A DNA stretch of 64,000 bases from Trichoplax adhaerens (taxonomy: Eukaryota; Animalia; Placozoa), in contig NW_002060946.1 in NCBI RefSeq assembly GCF_000150275.1, positions 2,375,454 to 2,439,453 of the forward strand. Reading direction: 5' to 3'. The notes under the pieces are model-generated. The model did not search any database. It had not been told where the DNA came from and was given only the letters and a program-made list of their open reading frames with translations. The position numbers and the translations under genes are program-made. Below, piece by piece: positions 43,608 to 56,499 of this stretch. Positions within the stretch are counted from its first letter, which is position 1; each line of letters begins with the position of its first letter.

Positions 43608-46334
43608 ATGAACATCCGAAACGCAACGGTTAGTCTATGATGAGGTTGTATGGTGTAGACAGCCAATGTTGGACCATGCTTTTGATCATCAATAACTTAG
43701 TAGAAGAGTAATAGTTCAAATGATTCTATTTTAGCCTGCATTATCACGGCCACGGATTCTTTGCTATTGATGATATCTATTTTTAAATGTCTTGCGCTAC
43801 TGATACCTTCGATTTACACTCTAAAACCTTTTTCAGCAAATGACAGATAGCTACACTAGTTCGATGAGCATTCAAAATCGCAAAGAGAATGTACAACACT
43901 ACAGTATACATTAATAACATGACTGAATAGGGTCAATTTGTACGACTAAACAAAGTCAACCTGGGCTTGCATCTAGCTTTCCTAGTATCTTGTGCTACTC
44001 AGATCTTTCAAATAAGCGACAGATAGTCGATTTATTACACATGCAACATAGCAAAGATATTACTACTGTAGAACCGGACATTATCGATATTAGTCTAGAT
44101 TCTAGGAGGACACGGTAATGGAAGAAATACTCTTTTAACTGAGGCCAGACAAGATCGAGCTGTCCTAATGTTTCCGACCTTCCTTTAACGGAATCAACTT
44201 ACACTCATATCTTTTCTATATCCATAATGAACAGATAGCCGATTTGATGAACATGCAAAATTGTAATTTGCTATGCTTACCGGAGAATTATCAAATGAAA
44301 TACTACTTGTATCATGGCCTTTCATGGCCCCAGGTAAAGTATGAAATACTTGCGCTGTGCCTAGCCTCTAATACGTCAGCTCGCCGCATTAATCAATTTT
44401 TCAATATCCATGTGGTTAATGAATAAATTGGCGCAGTAGCCTTCAATAATTAATTAATACACGGTTATTAATCTTTTACTATTATATTTAGTTGTCATTT
44501 CTAGCTGAAGATGATAAAGGGTCTGTTGTTGGTTACGTCTTAGCTAAAATGTAAGTCAAAATACTGCAAGTTATCTGCAGTATTCATACTGTATGCGTTT
44601 AAAGATAGAATTGAGGGTCCAACAAACACCAATATACTTTATATGCATTGGATAGGGAAGAAGAGTCGGATGAAGCACCTCATGGCCATATTACTTCGTT
44701 GGTATGCTACTGTGATACAATTATTGTACCCAAAAAAGTATACTTTACCACCATTTCTAATTGAACAACATACAGTAGGCACTACCTTGACGGTACTATT
44801 CATATTGTACTTTTGCATTGGAATTAGTAAATAGCTCGCTATATGCCTATTACAAAGCTTAAGGTCATCATATAACAGTATCATAGAGCCACAACAACTG
44901 TTTCTAGCGTTATACATAGATTGAGTAATTTACCCTAGACTTTTGTTATATTATACGTATAGGCGGTTCGAAGATCACATCGCCGATTAGGATTAGCTAG
45001 AACCTTGATGGACTTGGTAACTATTTGAATTCTTCACTTTGTAACATATTGATTATCGTACTAGTACTCTTTCAAGTAACGGTGTCTTCCCTATATAGTC
45101 ATCCAAAGCAATGGTAGAATGTTTTAATGCTAAATATGTATCACTTCATGTTCGCAAAAGGTAATTCTATAGAAAATTTCCTACTTGCCATGATTTTATA
45201 AACTAGCACACCATTACTGTTGTACAATTTTTACGTTTGGACAATCAAATTAATATTCTATTACTTGTTGTAAATCAATTATAGCAATCGAGCGGCTCTA
45301 CATCTCTACAAGAACGCTTTAAGCTTTGCGTAAGATTTAAAAACTTGTAATGCCTATGTAGTTATTGACATACAGTACTCGAGCAAATTCAATTCTAACA
45401 TCTGATTTAAAAACTTGCAACACCTACGTAGTTCTCTACTGTACATTGAGTACTGGAGCAAATTCAATTCCAATATCTTATTAAATGTATATATACATAT
45501 ATATATACGGTAAATCAGTCAATCAAATGCTTCTGTATCTTTAATACAATAACCAGCTAAGATTGAACATCTCTTACTTTTATGTATGAAAAGATTCTAA
45601 ACTTGTATTTACGTATGCTATCGTAAAATAGTATTTCCGAAATTGAACCGAAATATTATGCTGATGGAGAAGATGCATATGCTATGAAGCGGGTTTTAAC
45701 ACATTTAACTGCCGACGCAAAGGTATAAAATGTTGCAACATGATTACACGAATAAATTGATAAACCTTCTACGCCCTGTAATTCACTACTATCGAAATTT
45801 TAATGTACTAAATATTACCAGAAGTAGCGGTTGATCACTTTTTCTTAATCCTGGCTTTGGTAATTTGTCAATTGTTAATCAAAGCAATTCTAAGAAAAAG
45901 TATATGAAATGCATTGTTTAAAGCCCTCTGCATAAGATCTGTCAACAGCAGGCTTGCGTTAGAGGGAAGATAGCATTGCGATATCAGCTATTAAATATCC
46001 TGGCTACTCAAAGTATTTGCGTTATTCACATCTTACCTATATTAACTTTACGGAAATCTTTTTTACGATCAACTGTTTCAACTATATCGATACGTTCGTT
46101 ACCGCATGAAATATACCTTACTATTACTTTTTCGTCATAATTCCTTTTTGCAATCTTAATCTAATCCTACTCCTTATGTGAATGCTAGCGTTACACCATC
46201 GTTAGTCTGTACTTGTATATAAAATCTGCTAAAATGTATATGCGCGCAATAGTAAGAAAAAGTAGTCAATGTAAAGACTTGCTCACGTAAAATATCTCAT
46301 GCAATTCTACTTCTAGACTGAGGCATCAAACTAA
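43608..46334 (+). CDS. NAA10: N-alpha-acetyltransferase 10 (ARD1, NatA catalytic subunit), 8-9 exons
   Basis: MNIRNAT / [33 protein letters not shown] / [20 protein letters not shown] / HGHITSL / [12 protein letters not shown] / [17 protein letters not shown] / [18 protein letters not shown]. The last exon TEASN* (46317-46334) is inferred. Confidence 0.96.
45334..45478. repeat. Two-copy ~70 bp duplication in NAA10 intron 7
   Basis: gatttaaaaacttg...ccta(t/c)gtagtt...agtact(c/g)gagcaaattcaattc occurs twice. Confidence 0.8.
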
Positions 46335-46993
46335 CAAATGGTTATACTTCGTCAGGACACACTACAGGTTAGCAATCGGTTATACATTATCTAAACACTG
46401 TTTAAATTTGACAACTTTAGCTTACCGCCTGTACGTCTAAAATTTTGACTAGAAACCAACAGAACGGGCACCTATCTCCTATCTACCAAATATTTACTAA
46501 TCTAATCATAATATTACTATTGTATATTACCTAATATAACTAGCAGAGCCATCTACTAATGTTGTTTAAATTGTAGCACTTTCGAATGTAAGTTTATCAA
46601 TGTAATAAAATTATTTTATTTCGGAAAAGCTTTCTGTGAAATGATTAGTTCAGGTTTATCATATCAAGTATACCCATTAAATGTATACAATAATGTAAAC
46701 GAAAATGCTTCATCGTGTAGACAAGCTAAAATCTAGACTAACGTCATTAGTTTTATTGAGATAACTGATACATTTATTAAATTCATCACTAGCATAGGTT
46801 CTGTAGTGTTTTTCCCCTTTACGCTATCAATGTTTGGTTAGCTAGCCAGATTGAAACTTACAAAAGTGTGAAGACAAAATGTAATTCATTTTATAATCAG
46901 CTAATACATCTTCAAACTCATCACTAGCAATAACCACTGTATTTTTTTCACCTTAAACTATAAATCGCCATTGAGCTATACGAAATCTGTATT

Positions 46994-49900
46994 CTAATTG
47001 ATACCACCCATACAAATATATTTTTTATCTAAAAATTCGTCCAGTGCATACTTCGACCCTTCACGGCCAAGACCAGACTCCTTAACTCCTCCAAAAGGAG
47101 CGTATTCCGTAGTAAGCAGACCTGTATTCACTCCCACCATACCAACTTCTAATGCCTCAGCCACTCTCCAGATCTGATTCAAATCGTTAGAGTAAAAATA
47201 GCCTGGAAGGAATAAAGTTATGTTATAAGCTATTGCCGCCGTGTTGTATTAGTGATTATCATCAAAGGTTATATATGAGTATACTTAGAATACCTGCTAA
47301 GCCAACATTCGTAGCATTTGCTAAAGTGATCACATCTTCCTCACTAGTAAACCTGTATGCAAGTAGTAAATGAATTACGAGATTATGCAGATTGCAGTTA
47401 AAGCCAAAGAGGAGTCTTAACGTTATAATAGCTCCAAATATTTCCGTAAGTACTTAAACAATGGAGCCAGAGGGCCAAAAGTTTCCTCCTGAGCTACTGC
47501 CATATCGCTTGTAACACCAGTAATTAACGTCGGCTCAAAGAATCGACCGCCTAAGGAGTGCTTCTTACCACCAGTAACAATTGTTGCTCCACGCGATACT
47601 GCATCACTGATATGCCTTTCAACCTGTTACAGTAGCAAGTTTTAAAAGTTGAGAGATAAACTTTACAAGAATTATCTCTCGTGGTATTACCTTAGCAAAA
47701 GCTTTTTCTGTAATGAGAGGGCCTTGAGTGATACCTTCCTCAAATCCTGAACCAACTTTAAGATCTCTCTTCATAGCGGCAACAAGTTTCTCACAAAATT
47801 TATCGTGAACCGAAGCATGAACAAAAATTCTATTGGCGCAAATGCATGTCTATGGTATATCAGAAGGAATCAATCACTTTTAGACAAGTAGAATCATGTT
47901 ACGCGTATACTGTAGTGCCATTGCGATAACCATACTTAACTTTCACAGATAAGTAAACTATTGTACATCATATAAGGCGTTAAGCAAAGTAAACGACAGA
48001 AAACATTGAAGGATTTAGATAAACCTATCATAATTGATTAATTAACGAACCTGACCAGTATTCCTAAATTTAGAAGCAATGCAGCCTTTTACCGCATTAT
48101 CTATATCAGCCGATTCAAAAACTATAAACGGAGCATTTCCACCTAATTCCATCGATACGTGTTTACAAGTTTGGGCACACTGTTCCATCAATAACTGTTT
48201 GAACAATTAGATACAAGTAACATTAGTATTTGCGAAAGATATTTACAATGGCATAGGGAAATTTTTGATCCCAGCTTCATGTTAACTAGTATTGTAGAGC
48301 ATTACCAAACGACCTATACAAATCTATCAGGATGATGATAGTATAAGGGCTCTTAATAGCAATAGAACATGATTCCATAAGTGCCCTAATGGACTTTGTC
48401 TATTGCAAGTACTGACGACTAAAATTTAATCTCACGCAAAATTTATGATAAAATATACTTATGGATAGTGATAGATTTTACTAATCCCGACCTTGCCAAT
48501 TGCAGTAGATCCAGTAAATGATAGCTTTCTGATCAAAGGATTGTCTATTAAAGCTTTAACATTACGTGGAGTGGATTTTGCACTGCTTGTTATGACATTG
48601 AATACACCAGGTGGGAATTCTGCCTTTTCAGCTAGCTAGTAAACAATCAAACAACAGAAAATTGAAATCGGTTCGATATGTTATCAGCTTTTTAACTTAT
48701 AATAGAAATTTACGTATATACATTATATCATACAAACCGCGGCTAATGCCAACGCACAAAATGGTGTATACTCCGAAGGCTTGACCAACGTTGTACAACC
48801 TGCAGCCAGGGCTGCACTAGCTTTTCGGGTAATCATATTAATAGGGAAATTCCACTATAAAAAAATTATAAAAATTATCATTTAGCATGAAGAAATAATA
48901 CCGTGCGTTAATTAAGTCTGTAGTGCGAATAGAAGAAAATTGTAATATTGTCATGTAACATGCAGAAGTAATACGGTACATTATTAACTAAATTTGCACA
49001 GCTACTAGAAGTTAACTCAATTCTTTAACTACGCGTATGATGCTTAACATTAAAATTGTTATTGAATAAGCTAACGCTATCCAAGAATAGAGGAAATATT
49101 TCTTAATAGGCTTTTTACTTGCTAAAGCACAATTATAGATTTTAGCCCTAAGCCATTACAAAATAGTTTCCAGATAATAACTTACTGGTGTTATGAGTGC
49201 TGATACACCAACTGGTTGCTTTATAACCAGTAAACGGTGATCTTGTGCATGACTAGGTAACACATCGCCATGGATTCTATTGGCCTCTTCAGCGCTCCAT
49301 TGAACGTAATTAATGGCTAAGGCTACTTCACCTTTAGCTTCGGCTAACGGCTTGCCCTAGAGATTAGTGCATTGATTGTAAATTTGAAAACTATACCTAT
49401 TAGATCAATTCTTAGCTAGACTTGTAGCCATCACTTCGACCGATATCTTGAAGAACTACTCATATCATATTTAACCGTAATCTGGTATATTATTAAATTT
49501 TTCCCGCTATCCTTAAACTTATGAATAAATATTAATTTATATGCTAACAGTACTGTTTTACTCTTATTGCAAAGATTTCAAAAAGCAACCCAGCTAGCTA
49601 AAATTTCGAACTACTGTAATGTGAATATCAACTCACAACCCAATTGATCAACCTATGGTATTATTGAACTCGTCTACTATCCTGCTTGACGCTGCACAAA
49701 CTCGAAATCATTTAATTTAAATTATTACCAACCTCTTCTAGAGTGATAATGGCCGCTAGATCGTCACGATATTCGGATAATAACTCGCTCCAACGTCTGA
49801 TGATACGCGATCGTTCCTAAATAAATCAATGGAATGGCTCAATCTACCCATCAAGAACAACAACTCAAATAATGCATCGATCGACAATTAAATCAGTAAT

Positions 49901-50303
49901 CTATCAGGACATTGCTTTCTATAGCCAAGTCCGCTAACGATAACCGACTGAATAGTGCAAATCAAAATTGACATCATCAATTCGTCAGTAAACGTTTGAG
50001 AAAATTGTTTCTCTGGGGCTTAAATCATTGGATACATGTATGCCACTCTTACCATGTATTAAGACTTACTCTGTAAGACACTTTCCGCCATGTAAGGAAT
50101 GCATTATTTGCAACATTGACGGCATTCTTTAAATCTTCTTCTGCCAAATCAGGTACTTCACCTATTAGCTCATCGTTTGCAGGGTTGTATACTTTAAAGG
50201 TTTGTTTGAGGTTAGAAGTAATCCATCGTCCTCCGATGTAGCATTCACTTCGTAAAAACTGGCTCACAGATTTGATAACTGATGATGGACTTACTTTCTC
50301 CAT
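46994..50303 (-). CDS. ALDH5A1: Succinate-semialdehyde dehydrogenase paralogue 1, 10 coding exons
   Basis: [89 protein letters not shown]...CMGGIN*. Confidence 0.94.
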
Positions 50304-52517
50304 ACTATACAGTCTACATGGGAGGAGCAGATATAGTTTAAGGCATGGCAGTCAATCAGTAAAATGGAAATGTAAGGTAGCTAAATTAAGATCGCTTGCA
50401 CGATATTTGCCTTAAATTAGCACACATTTGCAGCACTTTCAAGGCGATAGTTAAACTATCACCGTAGTATTAACTGCTTGCTTTCTATCTTCTTCTTAAC
50501 GAATTACAGTAATCATGACTATCTACGGTATAAATTGTCTGATTTTAGTTACCTCTAAATTGAAGGTTCCAAGAGAGAACAGCTGACAATCTAACATAAC
50601 AAACCCACACAAACTTAGCAAAGTTCAGTAGAATACAATATTGTAATTACTGTACAAATGAAATCTACCGTCATACTGTGTGCAGCAATAGCAATCCCTG
50701 AGGATAGGATGACGAGGGATACTGCAGTACTGGATCACAGCAGTCCAGCACTATGCAGTATCCTCATTATACTGTAAACTGCAATACTAGTGCCGTTATA
50801 GAGAGCATGCGAAGATCCTGAATACATACATATTTTAATATCATTGAATAATTAATTAATTACTGGACTTCTTACTTTTATTAGCAGCCTGAGTAAATGA
50901 TAACGATATCATTTAATGTCTGATTTTGATATCGAGCACCAAGTACTGTGCTAGAACATACAGTAAGTGCATGTATAACAACTAGTATGTGAGCACTGAA
51001 CATTTTGAACATTTAGGGGAATGAGTGGGCTACAGTACACGTAAGGTGTTCTTAAATTACAGCATCAATTCATTAGTAATGAATTGATAATTTTTATATT
51101 TTTGGCAGGGCTTAATGTACTGTACTTGTGAGGCTACCGTTTGAAAGCTATTCCATACTCATTGTTTATCAGTTATTGCTGCTTCTACTTAAGTATATGT
51201 GAATGAGAAGCGTGTACCTTTCCTAAATTCAATTTATTGTGATAATAGCCAAGCCAATATACAGTACACACGCTTCGATCAGGGACTATTGAGAGTAGTC
51301 CTTGCTTCGATCATGGATTACTAATAGTAAAGTGCAGTAATAAGTAATACTCGACTAATAACCAATTTGATATCAGACGTATATGATTCGTATATAGACG
51401 GCTTATTGCACGGCCACAATATCAAGTCTTGTCATTAATTAATCAATCAAAATATACTCTTCCATCAATCGTCAATGAGACATTCGCTGTTATTTCTGGC
51501 TACTCTTAAGTTAATTAAGAGCGATAGGACCGATTTGGGCAGATAGTTGTAAACTTGTAATGTCCATGTGTGATAATAACTTACTCTTGCTGCAGTAATA
51601 ACAGGTTGAGAAAGTACAGCACACTCCTCGCTTGCATTTGCATGATGTCATTTTCATGTTTAAGCTACTTTTGATTCCAATAGCATCGCAGACTCTAGCC
51701 ATGCTTTATAATCATCTCTATCATTAATCATTGTTTAATACTGGATATGATGCGATACGCTAGCGATCTACTCCGTACAATTATTTACTGCACTCTTTGC
51801 TGTGGTTAACAGATAGATAAACTAGGGCGAAGAGGATTTTAAAGGCTCTACGAGCATGTACTGTGCAAGCTATAAAATTGACCTTCATCATCTCTATTGT
51901 AAAATACGCATACAGTCATTGACCACCTTACTAAAAATTTTAGTATTTTAATAGTCTGCGATACAGTATTCATCACGAGCACTAGGTGAACAAAAATTTG
52001 AGGGAAAATTAATCGTCTCCGACGTAAAACTCAATCAATCATTGCTATATAATCATCTTTTAATAGAACCATTGAACTGCAGTGATTACATAGAATACAG
52101 AAACATATGACATGTAGGTCTATATATATTTAGTTTAATAAATCGGCTTACACTAGTAATTATAATTATCACAATATCGATAGTAGCGTACCTAATTAGA
52201 GCATACAACTTAAGAATACTTTAATCACTTAACGCCGAACCACCCTTAAGTTAACTATTTCTTTCGGTAAATATTATTTCATTTCGAATCGTTATCGATA
52301 TTAATCGTTACACATATGCCAATTATTAATAATGCTAATTTATTAAACCAAATATATAACGAGTACGCATTTGCTCTTGAAGATCTACTGCACATAATTT
52401 TTGCAAACATCGTGTAAGAGCGTCGCATCGTTGTGTTAAGCAACAAAATTTTGTCAGTTCTTCAAAGTAAATGCCAAATATTGGAAAGGACATATTCAAC
52501 ATTAGCTAATGAATGAA

Positions 52518-55500
52518 TTAATTAATTCCACCCATGCAGACATACTTTTTATTTAAAAACTCTTCCAAAGCGTATCGTGAACCTTCACGACCAAGGCCAG
52601 ATTCCTTTACTCCTCCAAATGGAGCAAATTCTGTAGTAAGTAGGCCTGAATTTACCCCAACCATGCCAACCTCCAGAGCTTCAGCTACACGCCATATCTG
52701 ACATATATCACGGGAGTAAAAATAGCCTAACCAAATAAAAAGCTACATTGTACTCATTGCTAATACATAAATATTGGTTCGAAGTGGTATGAAACCTCCT
52801 AATTAAATTACAAATTTATTTATAACAAGACCTGCTAAGCCAACTTTTGTATTATTTGCAATATCGACTACTTCGTCTTCATTTTTAAATCTATTGCGAA
52901 TAATCAACGAAAAATCAGTACTTGATAATTATGATTTTAATAATTGAATCGCTTTTACATATTTTATTGTACAAATAAATTGTAGAACTTAACGAATAAC
53001 AATAGAGAATGTTTTCCAGTATTAGCGGCTATTGTTTGAGTTAAGTAGTCAGGATAGCATAAAAATAATAATGTAAACGGGTTTCTCCGGCAGATTACCT
53101 AAATACTGGTGCTACAGGACCAAATGTCTCTTCAGAAGCGAACGCCATATCGACTGTAGCACCGGTTAGTAAAGTCGGTTCGAAAAATTGGCCACCTAAA
53201 GGGTGCTTCGTTCCTCCTGTTACAACCGTAGCGCCACGAGATACAGCATCTGCAACATGCCTTTCAACCTAACAGTTGGAAAACCAACACTTTACGGTTA
53301 CCCTGGTTTTTATTACGTAATAATTTCATCATCTTTATAACGTTAATCGTACCTTAGCAATAGCTTTCTCTGTTATCAATGGACCTTGTGTAACACCTTC
53401 TTCAAAGCCAGGACCCACCTTAAGGGTAGTTCTCATGGCAGCGGCAAGTTTTGCGCAAAACTCATCATGAACGGAATCATGAACGAAAATTCTGTTGGCA
53501 CAGACGCAAGTCTGGAAATAGACATAATAGTAACCAATTTTCCATCACAATATAGTATGATTAAATATAAAAAATGGTTCCCTGACGAAAGTACTAAAGT
53601 AAGAAATTGTTGTAACGATCTGTTATATCTAGCTAACCTGGCCAGTATTTCGAAATTTAGAGTCAATGCATCCTTTCACAGCTGCATCTATATCGGCAGA
53701 CTCAAATACTATAAATGAAGCATTTCCGCCTAATTCCATCGATACACGTTTACAAGTGCGAGCACATTGTTCCATTAACAGCTATTTCAAAATATAAAAA
53801 GCGAATACCCTTTGATTTTACAGTCTTAATATCGATAACGATATAAAAAGGTGAATTGACGTTTCGACAATGTTGCACTGCAATCGTACAGTTTAGTTAC
53901 TATCAATAAATTACAAACTGATAAAAGAATTTTTAAACGATGATTTTACATATACGAATATAATAATGAGCCTGACCTTGCCGATTGCAGTTGATCCAGT
54001 AAATGATAATTTTCTAACTAACGGGTTGTCTAAAAGAAGTTTGACATTATGTGGAGTCGATCTTTCACCAAAAGTTATCACATTAAATACCCCTGGAGGA
54101 AAGCCAGCTTCTTCAGCAAGCTGAATGAATACAAAAAATAATAATATTAAACGACAAACGTAACTATAATACAAAATTTAAACTACTATTTCCCATTATT
54201 ATACTTTTGATTATCACCTACATCAGCTAACGCTAAGGCAGATAGTGGTGTATATTCTGAAGGTTTGATAATAGCTGTACAGCCAGCAGCCAGGGCCGCA
54301 CCGGCTTTCCGGGCGATCATGTTGACAGGAAAGTTCCACTAATATATTTATCAAAAAAGATATGGAAAACTAAGTTGATACTCAACGGAAAATTTACTTC
54401 TAATCTATTATCATAAGATATCAAAAAATGTGATAAATTGGATTCATATATTGCATCAATGCTGTTAGCAAGGACGATGCTACGTACTCGATATAAGAAT
54501 ACGAGTATCTAAGGATAACGCTGCTAAGATGTTAGATTTGATACAATGCGATGTAGAAGTAAAATTATGCGGTGATTAATATCATCACGGTGCAAGCAGC
54601 TATGCATTCTTACCGGTGTGATCAGTGCAGCAACACCGACAGGCTGTTTTAAAACAAGTAAACGATGATCGTCAGCATGGTTAGGCAAAACATCACCATG
54701 AATTCTTTTCGCTTCCTCAGCAAACCACTGAATATAGGTAGCTGCCAACGTCACTTCCCCTTTAGCGTCCATCAATGGCTTTCCCTAAATAAAATTTGCA
54801 TAATTGTTATCAATCTTCTCGGCTAAATGAACTCATACGTTACGACTACAAGATGGCACTAAGACACCTCCAAGGATTAAGTACTGTAAGCAGGTGATAA
54901 GGTTGGATCATTTGCCAATCAATCAAGCTACCAAGTATCAACTGTCGTCAATAGTAATGTGAATGTTGTCAAGTTGTAAAGTAATCTAGAGTAAATGATT
55001 TCGAGTGATTGATTCATTTTGTGCATCTGCTGAGCATTGGGCATTGCAAGTGCTGCAGATACTACTTGCAGGCTCAAGAGATCAAGGCATCTACAACTTG
55101 AAAATGGGGTACTGTATACTGTAACTGTATATATTCATTCGTAAAGATTTTACTGCAAAAGTTAATGCTTTCTAATGGACTAGCCCGAATTTCGGATCCT
55201 ATTTGCTATTCACTGCTTTTCATGGCAAATATTTGCATACAAACCTGTTCTGTGGTTACGATAGCAGCCAAATCATCTCGATTTTTCAACAATAGCTCTC
55301 CCCATCGACTGACAATTCCCGATCGGTTCTAAAAGTGAAATAATCAAGTTACAGTATTTACTATTTAGTATGCCAGCATGTAAAATAATTAATCTAATTT
55401 CCAATGAATAGGCAGTGCTGTACGCCGCTGTTCTGCTTTTTGAAATTAAATGAAATGATTCAGGGACTTTTACGAGAGAAAAAGTTCTCTTAGAAATCCT

Positions 55501-56365
55501 TGAATAATTGCAGGTTAGATAAAATGAGTACGCCATGAAAGCATTCAAGAATATTGTTCTTAAAAATTTACATCTGTGCACGTGAATGTTAGAGATAATA
55601 ATAAAGTTATCGTATAAATTTTGATAATTACTATGGTATCTCAAGCAATTCCATCCTACAAACTAGTGATAACATGATCTGTAAAATGAATGAATAGATA
55701 GCGATCGGAATGTACGTGGAATAGGCGAGTACAACTTTATTCGGTACAGTATGCAACTTATCGTTTGTATAATTCATAGTTGCATACCCAAAAAATGGAA
55801 AAAAATGTCTACTTTGGAGAAGCTAAAGTGCTTTGAAGAAACAATAACCACAGTAAAGCACTTGAGACATGAAATTTTATAGTTGAATTAGACGTTTAAC
55901 TGTAAATTTTATATTATTTTATCACAGGCAGAGGACAAACTGCTGTTCAGTAAAGCAACATTGTCTATCAATCCAATCCGATTCTAGCATTCGCATCAAC
56001 CAGAAAAGGTAGCCACTGTCGAATTTACATGTTGAAAAGTAGGACACTACCCATTTTGCAGTTTTGAAATAGAATATTACTAGTTAAAAGCAAGTTGCTG
56101 ACTAATCACTGTTCTACTGTAGTACCTTATAAGACAATTTACGCCATTGATGAAAAGATTGATGTGCTGAATCCACCACTTGAGCAACATCTTCTTCAGC
56201 CATATCAGCTACTTCAGCAACAGCTTCGCCATTTGCTGGATTGTAGACGGTATAAACTTGTTTATTAGCTGATGCAACCCATTGTCCTCCGATGTAGCTT
56301 TTATTTCGTAGGAGACTACTGGCTGATCGAGTAATCAACGATTCAGCTAATTTTACCTTGGACAT
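52518..56365 (-). CDS. ALDH5A1: Succinate-semialdehyde dehydrogenase paralogue 2, 10 coding exons
   Basis: [97 protein letters not shown]...CMGGIN*. Same intron positions as paralogue 1. Confidence 0.94.
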
Positions 56366-56463
56366 TGGTAAGCTCACAAGTAGGGTGGGGGAAGGGGGAA
56401 ATGTTGACTAGAAGCTTGTATCGTAGTCGATCTTTCAGCAAAAACTGATAAATGATGCCGGCA

Positions 56464-56499
56464 GAATGATTTTACTCGGCTCTTGCTGGCCTTTTTATA
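56464..56499 (-). promoter_or_regulatory. TATA box + initiator of SSADH paralogue 2
   Basis: TATAAAAAG (56499-56491) with the A of TCATTC 32 nt downstream (56467), about 100 nt before ATG 56365, and no intervening ATG. Confidence 0.65.

Noticed and set aside
49511-49528. CCTTAAACTTATGA matching the U12 snRNA 5' end
   Set aside because: The branch-point pairing GTAAGGA and downstream structure are absent; an AT-rich chance match inside an intron.
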